DNA of 64,000 nt from an uncultured delta proteobacterium. Its GTDB lineage: Bacteria > Bdellovibrionota > FAC87 > UBA2466. The position numbers were made by a program, and so were the translations under genes. The stretch spans positions 416,001-480,000 of the forward strand of contig CAVZSV010000004.1 in the NCBI GenBank assembly GCA_963778115.1. The letters run 5' to 3'. How positions within the stretch are numbered: the stretch's first letter is position 1; each line of letters opens with the position of its first letter. The notes under the pieces were generated by a model, which saw nothing but the letters and a program-made list of their open reading frames with translations, had not been told where the DNA came from and made no database searches. Positions 45,821-55,831 of the stretch are shown piece after piece.

Positions 45821-46937
45821 TTACCCTTCGAATTCGATGGCGAGCAGAAGGCCTACGGCCTGCAGAACGAAGGGGGTCTGTTGAAGGGAGAGTTCGTATC
45901 TAAGACGAATAGATAGGTCGGTAAGGTACCCTACGTTGATTCGATAGCCTAAGCCGCCCTGGACCCCCATAGCCGATAGGTTAGAGGCAGTTTGAACCGT
46001 CGTTACACTGCTAGGGAGGTAACTAATCCCTAGGCCGAAGGCATATTGAATCCCCGCGAAAAACTCAAAAGGGCGCACAATTAAAGTAGGAACCAAGGCC
46101 ACATCCAAGAAATTAAACCCGTAAGAGGGGCCGCTTGGATTCGTAAGTGTCGATGTCGATGCATTGATTTGCGAGAACATCACTTCTAGACGAACTGGCA
46201 ACGCAGGAGTTAAGAAGAGCCCCACATATCCCCCCCCCAATAAATCCGAGTCCCGTGTAGTTGGTCCCCTCAAGTAAAGAAGACTGACGAACAATGCCGT
46301 AATTCATACCTCCTTCAAGTCCGTACAAGAAAGTGGGAGCGCGTCTTAGGAGTAGCGCTTCATCTTGGGGAACTACCACCTTCTCCGGTTTCTCTTGCTC
46401 TTTCTTGGGATGAAGATTGGGAGCGTTGGAATCGGCGGCGTCATCGTTGTCGGTGGGTTCAGATTCCGCTTCGTTGGCCGAATCACTCTCCCCGGCGTCG
46501 GCAAGTCCCCGCTTTTTCGACTTCACTTTGCTCACACGGGGCGCTAGGGCAGACTCTTTCACCCAACCATCCAAGGTCTCGCCGGTCTCCAGCTCCATCG
46601 TGACTCGTCGATACCCTTCCTCTTTTTGGGGCTGCAACTGAACCAGAGTTCCGGCGGGAATGCGTCCCAGCGAATCAGACTCCGCCGCAGGCTCGCTTCT
46701 CAGATCGGTAACCGTATTGATGCGGACCAAGCCTTTTGTCTTCTTGGCCATAACCGGCGTGGCGTACAAGGAAAGTAGAGCCACCCAGAAAACAAAGAGA
46801 AAGCTTAGCGGGAAAACGCTGCCACCAATTCCACGTGTTTGGTATGGGGAAACATGTCTAAGGGCTGTAACGAACGAAAAGCGAACCCCTGGGTCGACAG
46901 CGCTTTGACGTCTTGAGAAAAAGTTAGTGGCGAACAT
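45821..46937 (-). pseudogene. SH3-domain plus outer-membrane beta-barrel protein, split by a frameshift at a G9 tract (true start uncertain)
   Basis: SH3b-like LRSEP..GRIPAG..DGWVKES; removing one G at 46230-46238 joins the two ORFs; amphipathic strands end LLLAIEFEG. Confidence 0.75.
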
Positions 46938-47902
46938 GAGACGTAAATTATGGATTCGAGTTGGGGATGAATGAATGAAATCAATTCCCTACCCACGCCC
47001 GCGCGGGGAGGATCTAGTACCAGTGTATCATAGCGGCCTTGAAAGCCCTGGGGTATTTTTTGGAGCACAGCTCCGCTAATCTGCCCCCGGATAAAGCAGG
47101 CGCCCGCTAACTTTCTGCCTCTAGCCCTTTCCAAAGCGGCTTCACTTACGTCGATACCCAGGACTTGCGATACCGTGGGACTATAGGCCTCGGTCAAATT
47201 TCCGTCTCCGCAATAGAGTTCGAGAACTAGCTTTCCTTCTGATTCCGTGACCCGATCTTTGACGAGTCGCTTTAAAATTTCATTTCCCAACGAATTCACC
47301 TGCCTGAAACCGCCAACACCGTGGGGGCTGTCTTGAAAGCTCTCTACATCACCACTCTCGGTGACGCTCAGCTCAATTTTGCGACGTGGCGTTGCTACGT
47401 CCGACTCCATTCTAAGACGCGAAATCTCCCTATTCAAAGAAGGGTGAGCCATCCGGCAAGATTCGATGGCAACCATTTCGTGCGATCCCTTTTTTTGAAA
47501 ACCCACCCGATTGCCTTCCTGACGAAGTTGGATACGATTGCGATACAGCTCTTTTTGGGGGGATTCTAAAATCGGAAATACTTTTTCGGGAAGAAGGCGG
47601 GCTCTTGATAGGATGTGAGCGATGGATTCTTCTTTAGCGCGCAATTGGCTTGAGTATTCCCAGTGGAGCCAATCACAGCCACCGCACTCCGGAAAATGAG
47701 GGCACGCAGGCGCCACTCTGTGCGCGGAAGGCTTTACGACTTCGATCATCAAAGCGTCTCGATAACGCTTTGATGACTTTGACTCTACGAGTACCGTGTC
47801 ACCCGGAAGGGCACCTTCGACAAAATAAATATTCTTGGCTTCGTCAAAGCCAACGCCTTGCCCGTTAAGTCCGGTCCTCATAATTTCGATTTGAGCTAAC
47901 AT
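46805..47902 (-). CDS. RlmD/TrmA family RNA m5U methyltransferase
   Basis: CPHFPECGGC, FRQVN, LYCGDG, LDPPRAG, YVSC, DMFPHTKHVE. Confidence 0.93.
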   Translation of the reverse strand: MLAQIEIMRTGLNGQGVGFDEAKNIYFVEGALPGDTVLVESKSSKRYRDALMIEVVKPSAHRVAPACPHFPECGGCDWLHWEYSSQLRAKEESIAHILSRARLLPEKVFPILESPQKELYRNRIQLRQEGNRVGFQKKGSHEMVAIESCRMAHPSLNREISRLRMESDVATPRRKIELSVTESGDVESFQDSPHGVGGFRQVNSLGNEILKRLVKDRVTESEGKLVLELYCGDGNLTEAYSPTVSQVLGIDVSEAALERARGRKLAGACFIRGQISGAVLQKIPQGFQGRYDTLVLDPPRAGVGRELISFIHPQLESIIYVSCSPLTFSQDVKALSTQGFAFRSLQPLDMFPHTKHVELVAAFSR

Positions 47903-48528
47903 GAAAGAACTTTAAGAACTTCGTTCGCTAAGACTTCCGGCGAGGGTACCTTAAGCCTTCCTTCTTCAACGTCGCTACCTAGAAAAAGGGCCCCCCATGC
48001 CTCCAATTGCTTTTTATTTTCTAAATATTTCGGGTGCCGACTTAAAACGACATTCATAGTAGGAACAAAAAGTAGAGGCGTTTTCTTTCCGATCTGACTT
48101 GCGATTAGCATGGTCACCGCATTATCCGCAATTGCGCTAGCCGCTTTGCTGATGGTGTTTAAGGTAGCGGGAACTATTACGACTAATGAAAAATCATCAA
48201 AATGCTCCACCTCAGAATCGAGACTCCGCACGACCTGGTGGCCCGAAGCCCATTCGACGGGCAGCGGGGTAATGAATTGTGCAACGCTTGGAGTAAAAAA
48301 GGCTGTGATATCGGCGCCATGTCGACGTAATTCTCTTATGATTTTGACAACCTCAACGGATCCAATGCCTCCACACACGCCAACGGCAATGGAGTGACCC
48401 GACAGGCGATTCGACTTCAATTCAACGCTCTTGTCCTCTAATGGAGACGTTTTACGGATGCTAGGGACCGTGCCGCGGACCGGCGTGGTTTGATTCAAAG
48501 CTTTCTTACGTGGGGGGGGTTTTGCCAT
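47896..48528 (-). CDS. Stand-alone HFCD flavoprotein (CoaC-like phosphopantothenoylcysteine decarboxylase)
   Basis: GVCGGIG, QFITP, EH, PATLNTISKAASAIADN, PTMN. Confidence 0.85.
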   Translation of the reverse strand: MAKPPPRKKALNQTTPVRGTVPSIRKTSPLEDKSVELKSNRLSGHSIAVGVCGGIGSVEVVKIIRELRRHGADITAFFTPSVAQFITPLPVEWASGHQVVRSLDSEVEHFDDFSLVVIVPATLNTISKAASAIADNAVTMLIASQIGKKTPLLFVPTMNVVLSRHPKYLENKKQLEAWGALFLGSDVEEGRLKVPSPEVLANEVLKVLSC

Positions 48529-48667
48529 GTTTTCGTCCCTTCGGGGTCCCGTTCCCAGGTCTTTTAACAGTAAATTCGTCGAGATCTCAATGCTTAAAGC
48601 ACGAAGGCTCTTGTGACGATGTTCAGGTTATGTTAAGACCTTGCCTTAATTGAAGTGAGGAGGTCTC

Positions 48668-49021
48668 ATGGGAGAGATTGTTCTATACGCGAAAAAAAGC
48701 TGTTCCCAGTGCAAGAAGGCAATCGCGTTTCTAAATCGAAAAGGTGTCGCTTATCAACTTAAGGACATCGTGCATGAGCCCCCGCCAAGAAGCTTGCTCG
48801 AAAAAGTTATCAAGGCTGAAAATATTTATGCGAGCCTTAATCAGAGAAGCACTACGTATCGGGAAAACCATTTGGGCAAGCGCCGAACTACGAAGAACGA
48901 AGCGATCCGTTTAATGCTGAAAGATCCGAATCTGATCAAGCGTCCCCTCATCATTAAAGACAATCGTGCCTATCAAGGATTCGAAGAAGATACTCTTCTC
49001 GACTTTGTCGTTACCGAATAG
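48668..49021 (+). CDS. ArsC/Spx family protein
   Basis: CSQCKKA, PNLIKRPLI; GAGGAGG RBS. Confidence 0.92.
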   Translation: MGEIVLYAKKSCSQCKKAIAFLNRKGVAYQLKDIVHEPPPRSLLEKVIKAENIYASLNQRSTTYRENHLGKRRTTKNEAIRLMLKDPNLIKRPLIIKDNRAYQGFEEDTLLDFVVTE

Positions 49022-49058
49022 TCAAATGATAGCCGTTTGAATGTGAAAGAGCATAACG

Positions 49059-50720
49059 CTATGCCTGCGCCTGATGGAGGACTGCGGGTATTCTTTCGCG
49101 TTCTGGAATACTGAAATAAAAGCGAGCCCCTTTTCCCGGATAGGATTCGACCCAAATTTTTCCCCCGTGGCCTTCTACGATCTTCTTGCAGATGGCGAGG
49201 CCTATCCCGGTACCCGGATAATCTTCTCGGCTGTGAAGTCTTTGGAAAATAACAAAAATTCTCTCTGAGAATTTCGAATCGATTCCAATCCCATTGTCGC
49301 TAACGCAGAAAAGCCACTCCCCTGCTCGCTTCATCGATTCGATCTGAACGACCGGCTTATCAGCCCCTCTAAATTTGATGGCATTACTGACTAAATTTTG
49401 CAGCAACTGAGTCATCTGTGTCGGATCCACCATTAATGTCGGCATGGGGTTTCGTTCTACGATAGCCCCTGACTCCTGAATACTAAACTGCAGATTATAA
49501 ATGACCCTATCTAAAAGAAGGTCGCAGTTGGTGGGCAATAGTTTTTTATTCTTAGAAGTTCCGACGCGAGAGTAGATTAACAGGTCGTTAATCAGATCGT
49601 ACATTCGCACAGCACCTCCGACGGCGTAATCTATGTATTCGTCGGCATCGCGATCAAGTTTTCCTTTATATTTCTTTTCAAGAAGCTGAACGAAATGTGT
49701 CACCATTCTAAGCGGCTCTTTGAGATCGTGAGAGGCCACGTATGCGAATTGGACCAACTGTTCATTGGAACGCGCCAACTCCTCGGCTTGGCGCTTGAGA
49801 TCCTCTTCTGCTTTTTTGCGAGCGCTAAAGTCATGCATCACCATCAACAAGCCCATGGGGCCCCCGTCTTTATCTTTCAGGACTTTTACACTAAGAGCGA
49901 CGTCCAGCCGTTTGTCCCCTTTTCCGAAGGTCACACGCTCGCCACTCCAAGCCCCACCCAATTTCAAGACGGTGAAAAAGCGAGTCTCGTCATCCTCGCC
50001 TTCATTGAACTTTAAGACGTCGTGTTTGGGCCTGCCCATCACCTCTTCAGACGTATATCCCAAGAGTTTTTCCGCCCCTTTGTTCCAGTAGGTGATGTGA
50101 TGGTCGAGGTCGGTGGCGATAAGAGCATCGCTTACTTGTGCCAACATTTGGGCGTGCAGTTCGATCTGACGATCCATCTGCTTGCGTTCACCAATATTGC
50201 GGATAATTCCCGATAGCCCTATGACTTCTCCTCGCGCATTTTTTAACGGCGAGATAGTGACCGATACATCAATGAGGCTGCCGTCCTTGCGCAAGCGGAC
50301 CGTTTCGAAGGCATCGACGGCTCCTCCTCCCATGACGGTATTAATTAGCCCCCTAAGTTCAGAGCGCTTTTCGTCGGGGACAAAGGTGTCGATCGATCTT
50401 CCAATGATCTCTTCGCGCGAAAAGCCGAAGAGTTTGACGGCTGCCGCATTCCAGCTCTTCACGTTGCCCTTAAGATCAAAGGCTAAAATGGCGTCGTTCG
50501 AATAACGGACAATGGCCGCGAGGGGGCCATAATTCTCATGGGAAAAATCAATTTCATCTACTTGTCTAGTATTCCCCAACGGACTTTGTGGTTGAGCTGG
50601 TACCTGCGGATGAGCTTCCGCCGGCGATTTCTCACTGGGCTTGCCCCCCGATCGGTGAAGTGGCTTGATCGGTCCGAAAAGCTTCAGCACCGCTGCCATA
50701 GCTCGAATCGCCGGAATCAT
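49059..50720 (-). CDS. Cytoplasmic PAS-PAS sensor histidine kinase (orphan)
   Basis: Two PAS/PAC domains, FAYVASHDLKEPLR, NLVSNAIKF, GTGIGLAICKKIVE. Confidence 0.95.
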   Translation of the reverse strand: MIPAIRAMAAVLKLFGPIKPLHRSGGKPSEKSPAEAHPQVPAQPQSPLGNTRQVDEIDFSHENYGPLAAIVRYSNDAILAFDLKGNVKSWNAAAVKLFGFSREEIIGRSIDTFVPDEKRSELRGLINTVMGGGAVDAFETVRLRKDGSLIDVSVTISPLKNARGEVIGLSGIIRNIGERKQMDRQIELHAQMLAQVSDALIATDLDHHITYWNKGAEKLLGYTSEEVMGRPKHDVLKFNEGEDDETRFFTVLKLGGAWSGERVTFGKGDKRLDVALSVKVLKDKDGGPMGLLMVMHDFSARKKAEEDLKRQAEELARSNEQLVQFAYVASHDLKEPLRMVTHFVQLLEKKYKGKLDRDADEYIDYAVGGAVRMYDLINDLLIYSRVGTSKNKKLLPTNCDLLLDRVIYNLQFSIQESGAIVERNPMPTLMVDPTQMTQLLQNLVSNAIKFRGADKPVVQIESMKRAGEWLFCVSDNGIGIDSKFSERIFVIFQRLHSREDYPGTGIGLAICKKIVEGHGGKIWVESYPGKGARFYFSIPERERIPAVLHQAQA

Positions 50721-50874
50721 CCGCCCCCCTCCTTTTTTCGTAATCTTCTATTTATATGATTTTTTTCAGGGGAAATATCAAGTGGAAAATAGCCCCAGGG
50801 GATGGAAGCAGTCTTTGGAAATTCCTCGCCTTTTTCCTCCCTTGTGGTCCTTTCCAAAGCGTACAAAGTGGCGT

Positions 50875-51480
50875 ATGGCTCGTAGAGTGAAAACTCAATC
50901 TTCTTTAGCGGGTCGGCTTTTTCTTTCACTTAGCCTAATCATTTTCTTTGGCGCGAATAAAGGGAGTGCTCTGCCATCGGTTCTTCGAGGAATCGATTTG
51001 CGCTCTGGCACCGAGACAGAAATTCCTCTGACCTCTCCCGACAAGAAAGGAACCGTGCTGGTCTTTCTTTCCATCGAATGCCCCTGCTCACAGAGCCACC
51101 AACCTCCCTTGGCCGAGCTCGCAGCACAGCACCCCGAATTTACGTTCGTGGGAATTCACTCCAATAAAGAAGAGCCCCTGTCGGAAACCAGAAAGTTTTT
51201 CTCAGACCCCAAGGATCCTAAGCGATGGCTTCCGTTTCCCGTCTTAGAAGATAAGGGGCAAGCCATAGCGAACGAAGAAGAGATAAAAGCATTTAAGACT
51301 CCCCATGTCTTTGTCGTCGATAGCAAAGGAAGCATTGTCTATAGAGGGGCCATGGACAACAGTCACGAGGCATCCACCGCAAAAAAACACTACCTAGCGA
51401 TGGCACTCGATGCTATCGTCTCCGGCCACAATCCAGATCCGGAAGAAGTCCCCCCGTTAGGGTGTGTCATTTCCCGCTAA
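50875..51480 (+). CDS. Exported redoxin (AhpC/TSA-like) protein
   Basis: FLSIECPCS, TPHVFV, YRGAMD, GCVI; start probably 50875 or 50887. Confidence 0.88.
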   Translation: MARRVKTQSSLAGRLFLSLSLIIFFGANKGSALPSVLRGIDLRSGTETEIPLTSPDKKGTVLVFLSIECPCSQSHQPPLAELAAQHPEFTFVGIHSNKEEPLSETRKFFSDPKDPKRWLPFPVLEDKGQAIANEEEIKAFKTPHVFVVDSKGSIVYRGAMDNSHEASTAKKHYLAMALDAIVSGHNPDPEEVPPLGCVISR

Positions 51481-51540
51481 CGAAACTTTGGATGGCTCTA
51501 TTATTACGTTGCAGCAGCGAAAGCAGCACGAGGTGTCACT

Positions 51541-52185
51541 ATGAACGGCAAAATGTTCGGCAAAATGAATAGCAAGATGAACGCTCCTTTTGCGTTTTTG
51601 ATTTTCGTCGCTCTGGGAGTTCTTATCGGCTGCGGGAAATCCCAAAGCGTATCGAATAGCCCGGCAACTCCCCATGGCGATGGCTCTGGCGGGAGTGGAA
51701 GTCCCACATCCCAAACGTTTGATTACACTCTTACCTTTCCCGTAACTGGTTTATCGGCGGGAATGAAGTTTCTAAGGACGCCAAAATCCAAAATCAATTC
51801 CCCTTTCACCGTTCGATTCTGGAAGACACAGCAAGGCAACGCGCAAACCGGCCCGTTCATCGATCCCGGCTACCCTTTGGTGTCCGCCGAATTACAAAAG
51901 CCCACGGAACAAGACTCCATTTTTCTATGGATGGATTCCATGGGACATGGTTCAGATCCGGTAGTAGTCACGCGCGTTGTTGACAGCTCCGGAGTCAGCT
52001 TTCCGGTTGACCACGTGATTTTTAAAATGGTAGGCCCGTGGGAGATAAAGATTCAACTTCACCAGTACAACGTGGATCCTCAAACTGGGAAAAAACTGAT
52101 TGTTGTCGTTAATGACCCCCAAAGTGGAAAACCGGAGGCCGCTGTAGTGGATGCCGCGCAATTTAACCATGTTCAGAAGCAGTAG
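51541..52185 (+). CDS. YtkA/FixH-like lipoprotein
   Basis: LIGC lipobox; WMDSMGHGS and F.M.GPWEI motifs. Confidence 0.75.
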   Translation: MNGKMFGKMNSKMNAPFAFLIFVALGVLIGCGKSQSVSNSPATPHGDGSGGSGSPTSQTFDYTLTFPVTGLSAGMKFLRTPKSKINSPFTVRFWKTQQGNAQTGPFIDPGYPLVSAELQKPTEQDSIFLWMDSMGHGSDPVVVTRVVDSSGVSFPVDHVIFKMVGPWEIKIQLHQYNVDPQTGKKLIVVVNDPQSGKPEAAVVDAAQFNHVQKQ

Positions 52186-53119
52186 AGACCTTTACTTATT
52201 ATTTCTTTTAACGCTGCTAGTACCACTTCTGGTTTCCGCTCCAAGTAGTGCCGCCCCCTGTTGCGGAGGGAGTTCACTATTGCCGTCCATCATCACCGCA
52301 GATGATTCGGCCATGGTGAGTATCACCACCACACAAGACGCCGTTCGCGATGACGTGCTCCCCGACGGAACGATCTATCCCAGGGCGGACGGCGATTCCG
52401 AGTGGACACAAACGCTTAAACTCTCCGGAGCCTACCGGTTTCTCGACAGATTTCAGGCCGGAGCCGATATCCCTTTGGTGCGACGTTACCTAAGTGTCTC
52501 AGGTCAAAGTGCAAATGCTTTGGGAGTCGGTGATATCGCCTTTAACGCCGCGTACGAAGTCCTTCCTGAATATTCCTATTCCGTCTGGAAGCCCAAAGTG
52601 TTTCTCTTCACGCGCTGGCTCCTTCCCACGGGCAGATCCATTTACGAGGCCACCGATCCGCTGGGAACCGATATCTTTGGACGAGGGTTTCACGAACTTT
52701 CCCTAGGAACGGTAATCACTAAAACGTGGGGAGGTTTTGATTTTCTTGTCGAAGCCGAAGCCCACTGGACTTTGGCACGAACCTTTGTCGACAACACGGG
52801 AATCACCACCGATTTCCATTCGACCTGGGGATATTCGGCCCTTCTTGCCGCAGGCTACAGCCCGGGGAAAGGGGCCTTTCGCATAGGTGCCAGCCTTTCT
52901 CCCGTCTTTGACGCTTCACGAATTTTCGACAGTGCCGGATCTATAGGGACGACCGATAGCCAACTCGCTTGGGCTCTGGGCCTTCAGGCCTCATATAAAT
53001 GGAGCGATGAATGGTCCTCAACCATTGCCTATGCCGATCAGACGCTCTTTGGAAGCTCACACAACGTCACCCTAAGCAAAACGATTAGCCTAATCATTTT
53101 AAGACGTTTCCCTATGTAA
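52169..53119 (+). CDS. Outer-membrane beta-barrel/transporter-like protein with N-terminal CC motif
   Basis: Signal peptide then APCCGG; GVGDI, LPTG; amphipathic strands. Confidence 0.7.
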   Translation: MFRSSRDLYLLFLLTLLVPLLVSAPSSAAPCCGGSSLLPSIITADDSAMVSITTTQDAVRDDVLPDGTIYPRADGDSEWTQTLKLSGAYRFLDRFQAGADIPLVRRYLSVSGQSANALGVGDIAFNAAYEVLPEYSYSVWKPKVFLFTRWLLPTGRSIYEATDPLGTDIFGRGFHELSLGTVITKTWGGFDFLVEAEAHWTLARTFVDNTGITTDFHSTWGYSALLAAGYSPGKGAFRIGASLSPVFDASRIFDSAGSIGTTDSQLAWALGLQASYKWSDEWSSTIAYADQTLFGSSHNVTLSKTISLIILRRFPM

Positions 53120-53164
53120 GCTCGTTTCTCAATACCCTTTTTGGCTCAAATCAGGTAATAGGGA

Positions 53165-53668
53165 ATGCTTATGCACCACAATCCCGATAAGCCCTTGGTC
53201 GCGATTATTATGGGGAGCCGCTCGGACTGGGAAACCTTAAGAGCTGCCGAAGAAATATTGGTCCAGTTTGAAGTACCCCACGAAAGTGCCATCGTTTCGG
53301 CTCACCGCACTCCCGAACACATGACCAAATTCGCCAAGGAGGCGGAGGGTCGCGGGATTCAGGTCATCATTGCGGGAGCCGGAGGTGCGGCCCACCTTCC
53401 TGGTATGGTCGCTGCCCAAACGGTCATTCCGGTACTTGGGGTTCCTGTCGAGAGCCAGATGCTACGCGGATTGGATTCGCTATTGTCGATAGTCCAAATG
53501 CCAGGAGGAATTCCCGTGGGAACTTTAGCCATCGGAAAAGCGGGAGCCACTAACGCTGCCTTGCTTGCTATCGCCATTCTTGCTAACGGACGTCCCGAGC
53601 TCCGAGAAAAACTACATGCCTATCGCGCTAGCCAGACCGAACGGGTATTGAAGGACCAGCTAAAGTGA
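53165..53668 (+). CDS. purE: N5-CAIR mutase
   Basis: [38 protein letters not shown]. Confidence 0.98.
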   Translation: MLMHHNPDKPLVAIIMGSRSDWETLRAAEEILVQFEVPHESAIVSAHRTPEHMTKFAKEAEGRGIQVIIAGAGGAAHLPGMVAAQTVIPVLGVPVESQMLRGLDSLLSIVQMPGGIPVGTLAIGKAGATNAALLAIAILANGRPELREKLHAYRASQTERVLKDQLK

Positions 53669-54816
53669 TTTTGCCCGGTTCGAAGATCGGTGTGATGGGA
53701 AGCGGGCAACTAGGACGTATGTTTGCCATCGCAGCCCATCGCATGGGTTATCGCGTATCTACTTACTCCCCGGAGAAAGATACTCCGATGGGGCTTACGG
53801 TCGAAAACGAAATAGTCGGAGCCTACGATGATCTTAAAGCCATCGAAACGTTCGCCCGATCGGTCGATGTGGTTACTTTCGAATTCGAAAATATTCCAGC
53901 AGGGTCCGTCGAGTGCGCTTGCGCCGTTGTTCCGGTGAGGCCCGGAGTGAAATCACTTTATATCGCTCAACACCGCACGCGCGAAAAATCGTTTCTAACG
54001 GAAAAAGGGTATCCCACCATCCCTTACCGGCGAGTCACTTCACTCCCCGAGTTACAGACTGCCATAGACATTTTGGGTCTGCCCGTAGTGCTTAAGACCG
54101 CTGGAATGGGATACGACGGTAAAGGCCAAGTGAAGATAGAAAAAAAGGAGCAGGCCGAATCGGCCCTTGCAAAACTAGGTGCGGGTGAGGCGATCGCCGA
54201 AGCTTGGGTCAGTTACTCCGCGGAAGCTTCGGTTATTGGAGCGCGCACCGCCAACGGTGATTTTTCGCATTGGGGCCTTATCGAGAATCAACACCGCAAC
54301 CATATTCTAGATATTTCGATTCTTCCCTCCCCCTTTGCTGAATCTTTGGCTAATGAGGCTATTGAGATCACTCGCCAACTGATGTCCGATTTGGAAATGG
54401 TGGGGCTTTTATGCGTGGAATTTTTTATTACCGAACAAGGAAAGCTCCTCGTTAACGAGTTGGCCCCGAGGCCCCACAATTCGGGCCATCTGACCATCGA
54501 TGCCAACTACACCAGCCAATTCGAACAACAGGTGCGAGCTATTTGCGATCTCCCTTTGGGAGACACCGGGCTAATCGTTCCGGGTGCCGCTATGGCGAAT
54601 CTTTTGGGAGAGGTCTGGGATAACGGCGAGCCTGGATGGAGTGAGGTCCTAAAGATTCCTCATCTTAAGCTTCACCTCTATGGCAAATCACAAGCACGGC
54701 CCGGGCGCAAGATGGGGCATCTTACGGTATTGGGGAAAAGTGGTCCTGAAGCGGCGAAGATAGCAAAAGCGGCGAGAGAGAGGCTCGCCGGAGCTTCTCT
54801 AACTCGTCGACAATGA
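53665..54816 (+). CDS. purK: N5-CAIR synthase
   Basis: [39 protein letters not shown]. Confidence 0.98.
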   Translation: MILPGSKIGVMGSGQLGRMFAIAAHRMGYRVSTYSPEKDTPMGLTVENEIVGAYDDLKAIETFARSVDVVTFEFENIPAGSVECACAVVPVRPGVKSLYIAQHRTREKSFLTEKGYPTIPYRRVTSLPELQTAIDILGLPVVLKTAGMGYDGKGQVKIEKKEQAESALAKLGAGEAIAEAWVSYSAEASVIGARTANGDFSHWGLIENQHRNHILDISILPSPFAESLANEAIEITRQLMSDLEMVGLLCVEFFITEQGKLLVNELAPRPHNSGHLTIDANYTSQFEQQVRAICDLPLGDTGLIVPGAAMANLLGEVWDNGEPGWSEVLKIPHLKLHLYGKSQARPGRKMGHLTVLGKSGPEAAKIAKAARERLAGASLTRRQ

Positions 54817-55735
54817 TACTTTCGCCTCGAATTCCCATCACCTCGTTAATTTGTGGAACCGCCGAGGGGCATGTGATGTTTACCTCAGTGAGAAAATCTC
54901 CGATGAAATCAAGCCCCAGCAGATAGATCCCTTGGGGACAAAGATCTTTGGCTACGATGCGACTCGCTTCAATCTGCTTGGGACTGGGATCCCAGCGATG
55001 GGCGCTCCCTCCCTGGTGCAGATTAGCCAGCCTGCTTCCTGGCTTTGGCTTTCGCATCACCCAGCCCACCAATTGGTGATTCATTACCAAGATGCGCAAG
55101 TCTCCCGAATGGGTAACCTCTTCTAAGTAAGGCTGCACGATGACTTGCGGTTGCCATTTTTGCCAATAAGCTTTGAGATTTCTCTGTTGCTCGTCGCGAG
55201 AAAAAAATTCGATCCCCTTTCCTGAAAAAAGATGCATGGGCTTGGCGACGGATTCCCTAGGTTGCGAACGGACCGCCTGCTGAAACTCGTCAAAAGACTG
55301 GCAAAGAAATGTGGGAACTCCAAATTCCGGATAACGCTGCGGCAACAGATGTTCGCAGTATCGCCAGGTCACGTCGGGATGGTTCATCTGGATAATGCAG
55401 GACGGAGCTAAAGCAAAGTGTTGGGCATGGCCTCTATAGACGTCATCCACGGGGGGATCTTTACGCTGCAAAATAGCCGCGTATTCCGTGACGTCGGCAA
55501 TTCGAGCTTGACCCAGCCGAAAGGAATTTGGCTTTTCAGGATCCACTGAGAGAAGGGGTGAAACGGGCAGAGTCGCCAGATATCGGGCCGAGTTTTCTCT
55601 CCAATCTTTTCGGGAGAGGTCCAAATAGTCGACGGGAATTCCCCTCCGACAGAGTTCGGCGGCCAAGAGTACGCCGGTGTCCAGGCCCCGTTGAAATGTA
55701 GATATAGCCTCGCCGGCAATAAGATATTTAACCAC
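54722..55735 (-). CDS. gshB: Glutathione synthetase (start probably GTG 55735)
   Basis: RKDPP, GDLRIL, ANLHQGG, GLDFIG..LTEVNITCP. Confidence 0.85.
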   Translation of the reverse strand: MVKYLIAGEAISTFQRGLDTGVLLAAELCRRGIPVDYLDLSRKDWRENSARYLATLPVSPLLSVDPEKPNSFRLGQARIADVTEYAAILQRKDPPVDDVYRGHAQHFALAPSCIIQMNHPDVTWRYCEHLLPQRYPEFGVPTFLCQSFDEFQQAVRSQPRESVAKPMHLFSGKGIEFFSRDEQQRNLKAYWQKWQPQVIVQPYLEEVTHSGDLRILVMNHQLVGWVMRKPKPGSRLANLHQGGSAHRWDPSPKQIEASRIVAKDLCPQGIYLLGLDFIGDFLTEVNITCPSAVPQINEVMGIRGESIIVDELEKLRRASLSPLLLSSPLQDHFSPIP

Positions 55736-55792
55736 GCATCCCCCCAACCCTGGGTAGGAAAGTACCATAAATCGCTTGGGTGCGGCTTTTTG

Positions 55793-55828
55793 ATTAAGAT
55801 TAAATTTAAGTTTAAGATTAAGATTAAG
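55793..55828. repeat. 6 x WTTAAR hexamer tract in the gshB/DMT divergent region
   Basis: ATTAAG ATTAAA TTTAAG TTTAAG ATTAAG ATTAAG. Confidence 0.85.
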
Positions 55829-55831
55829 GAG

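Noticed and set aside
54722..54816. 95-nt convergent overlap of purK and gshB
   Set aside because: Looks like non-conserved C-terminal run-on; no evidence of function
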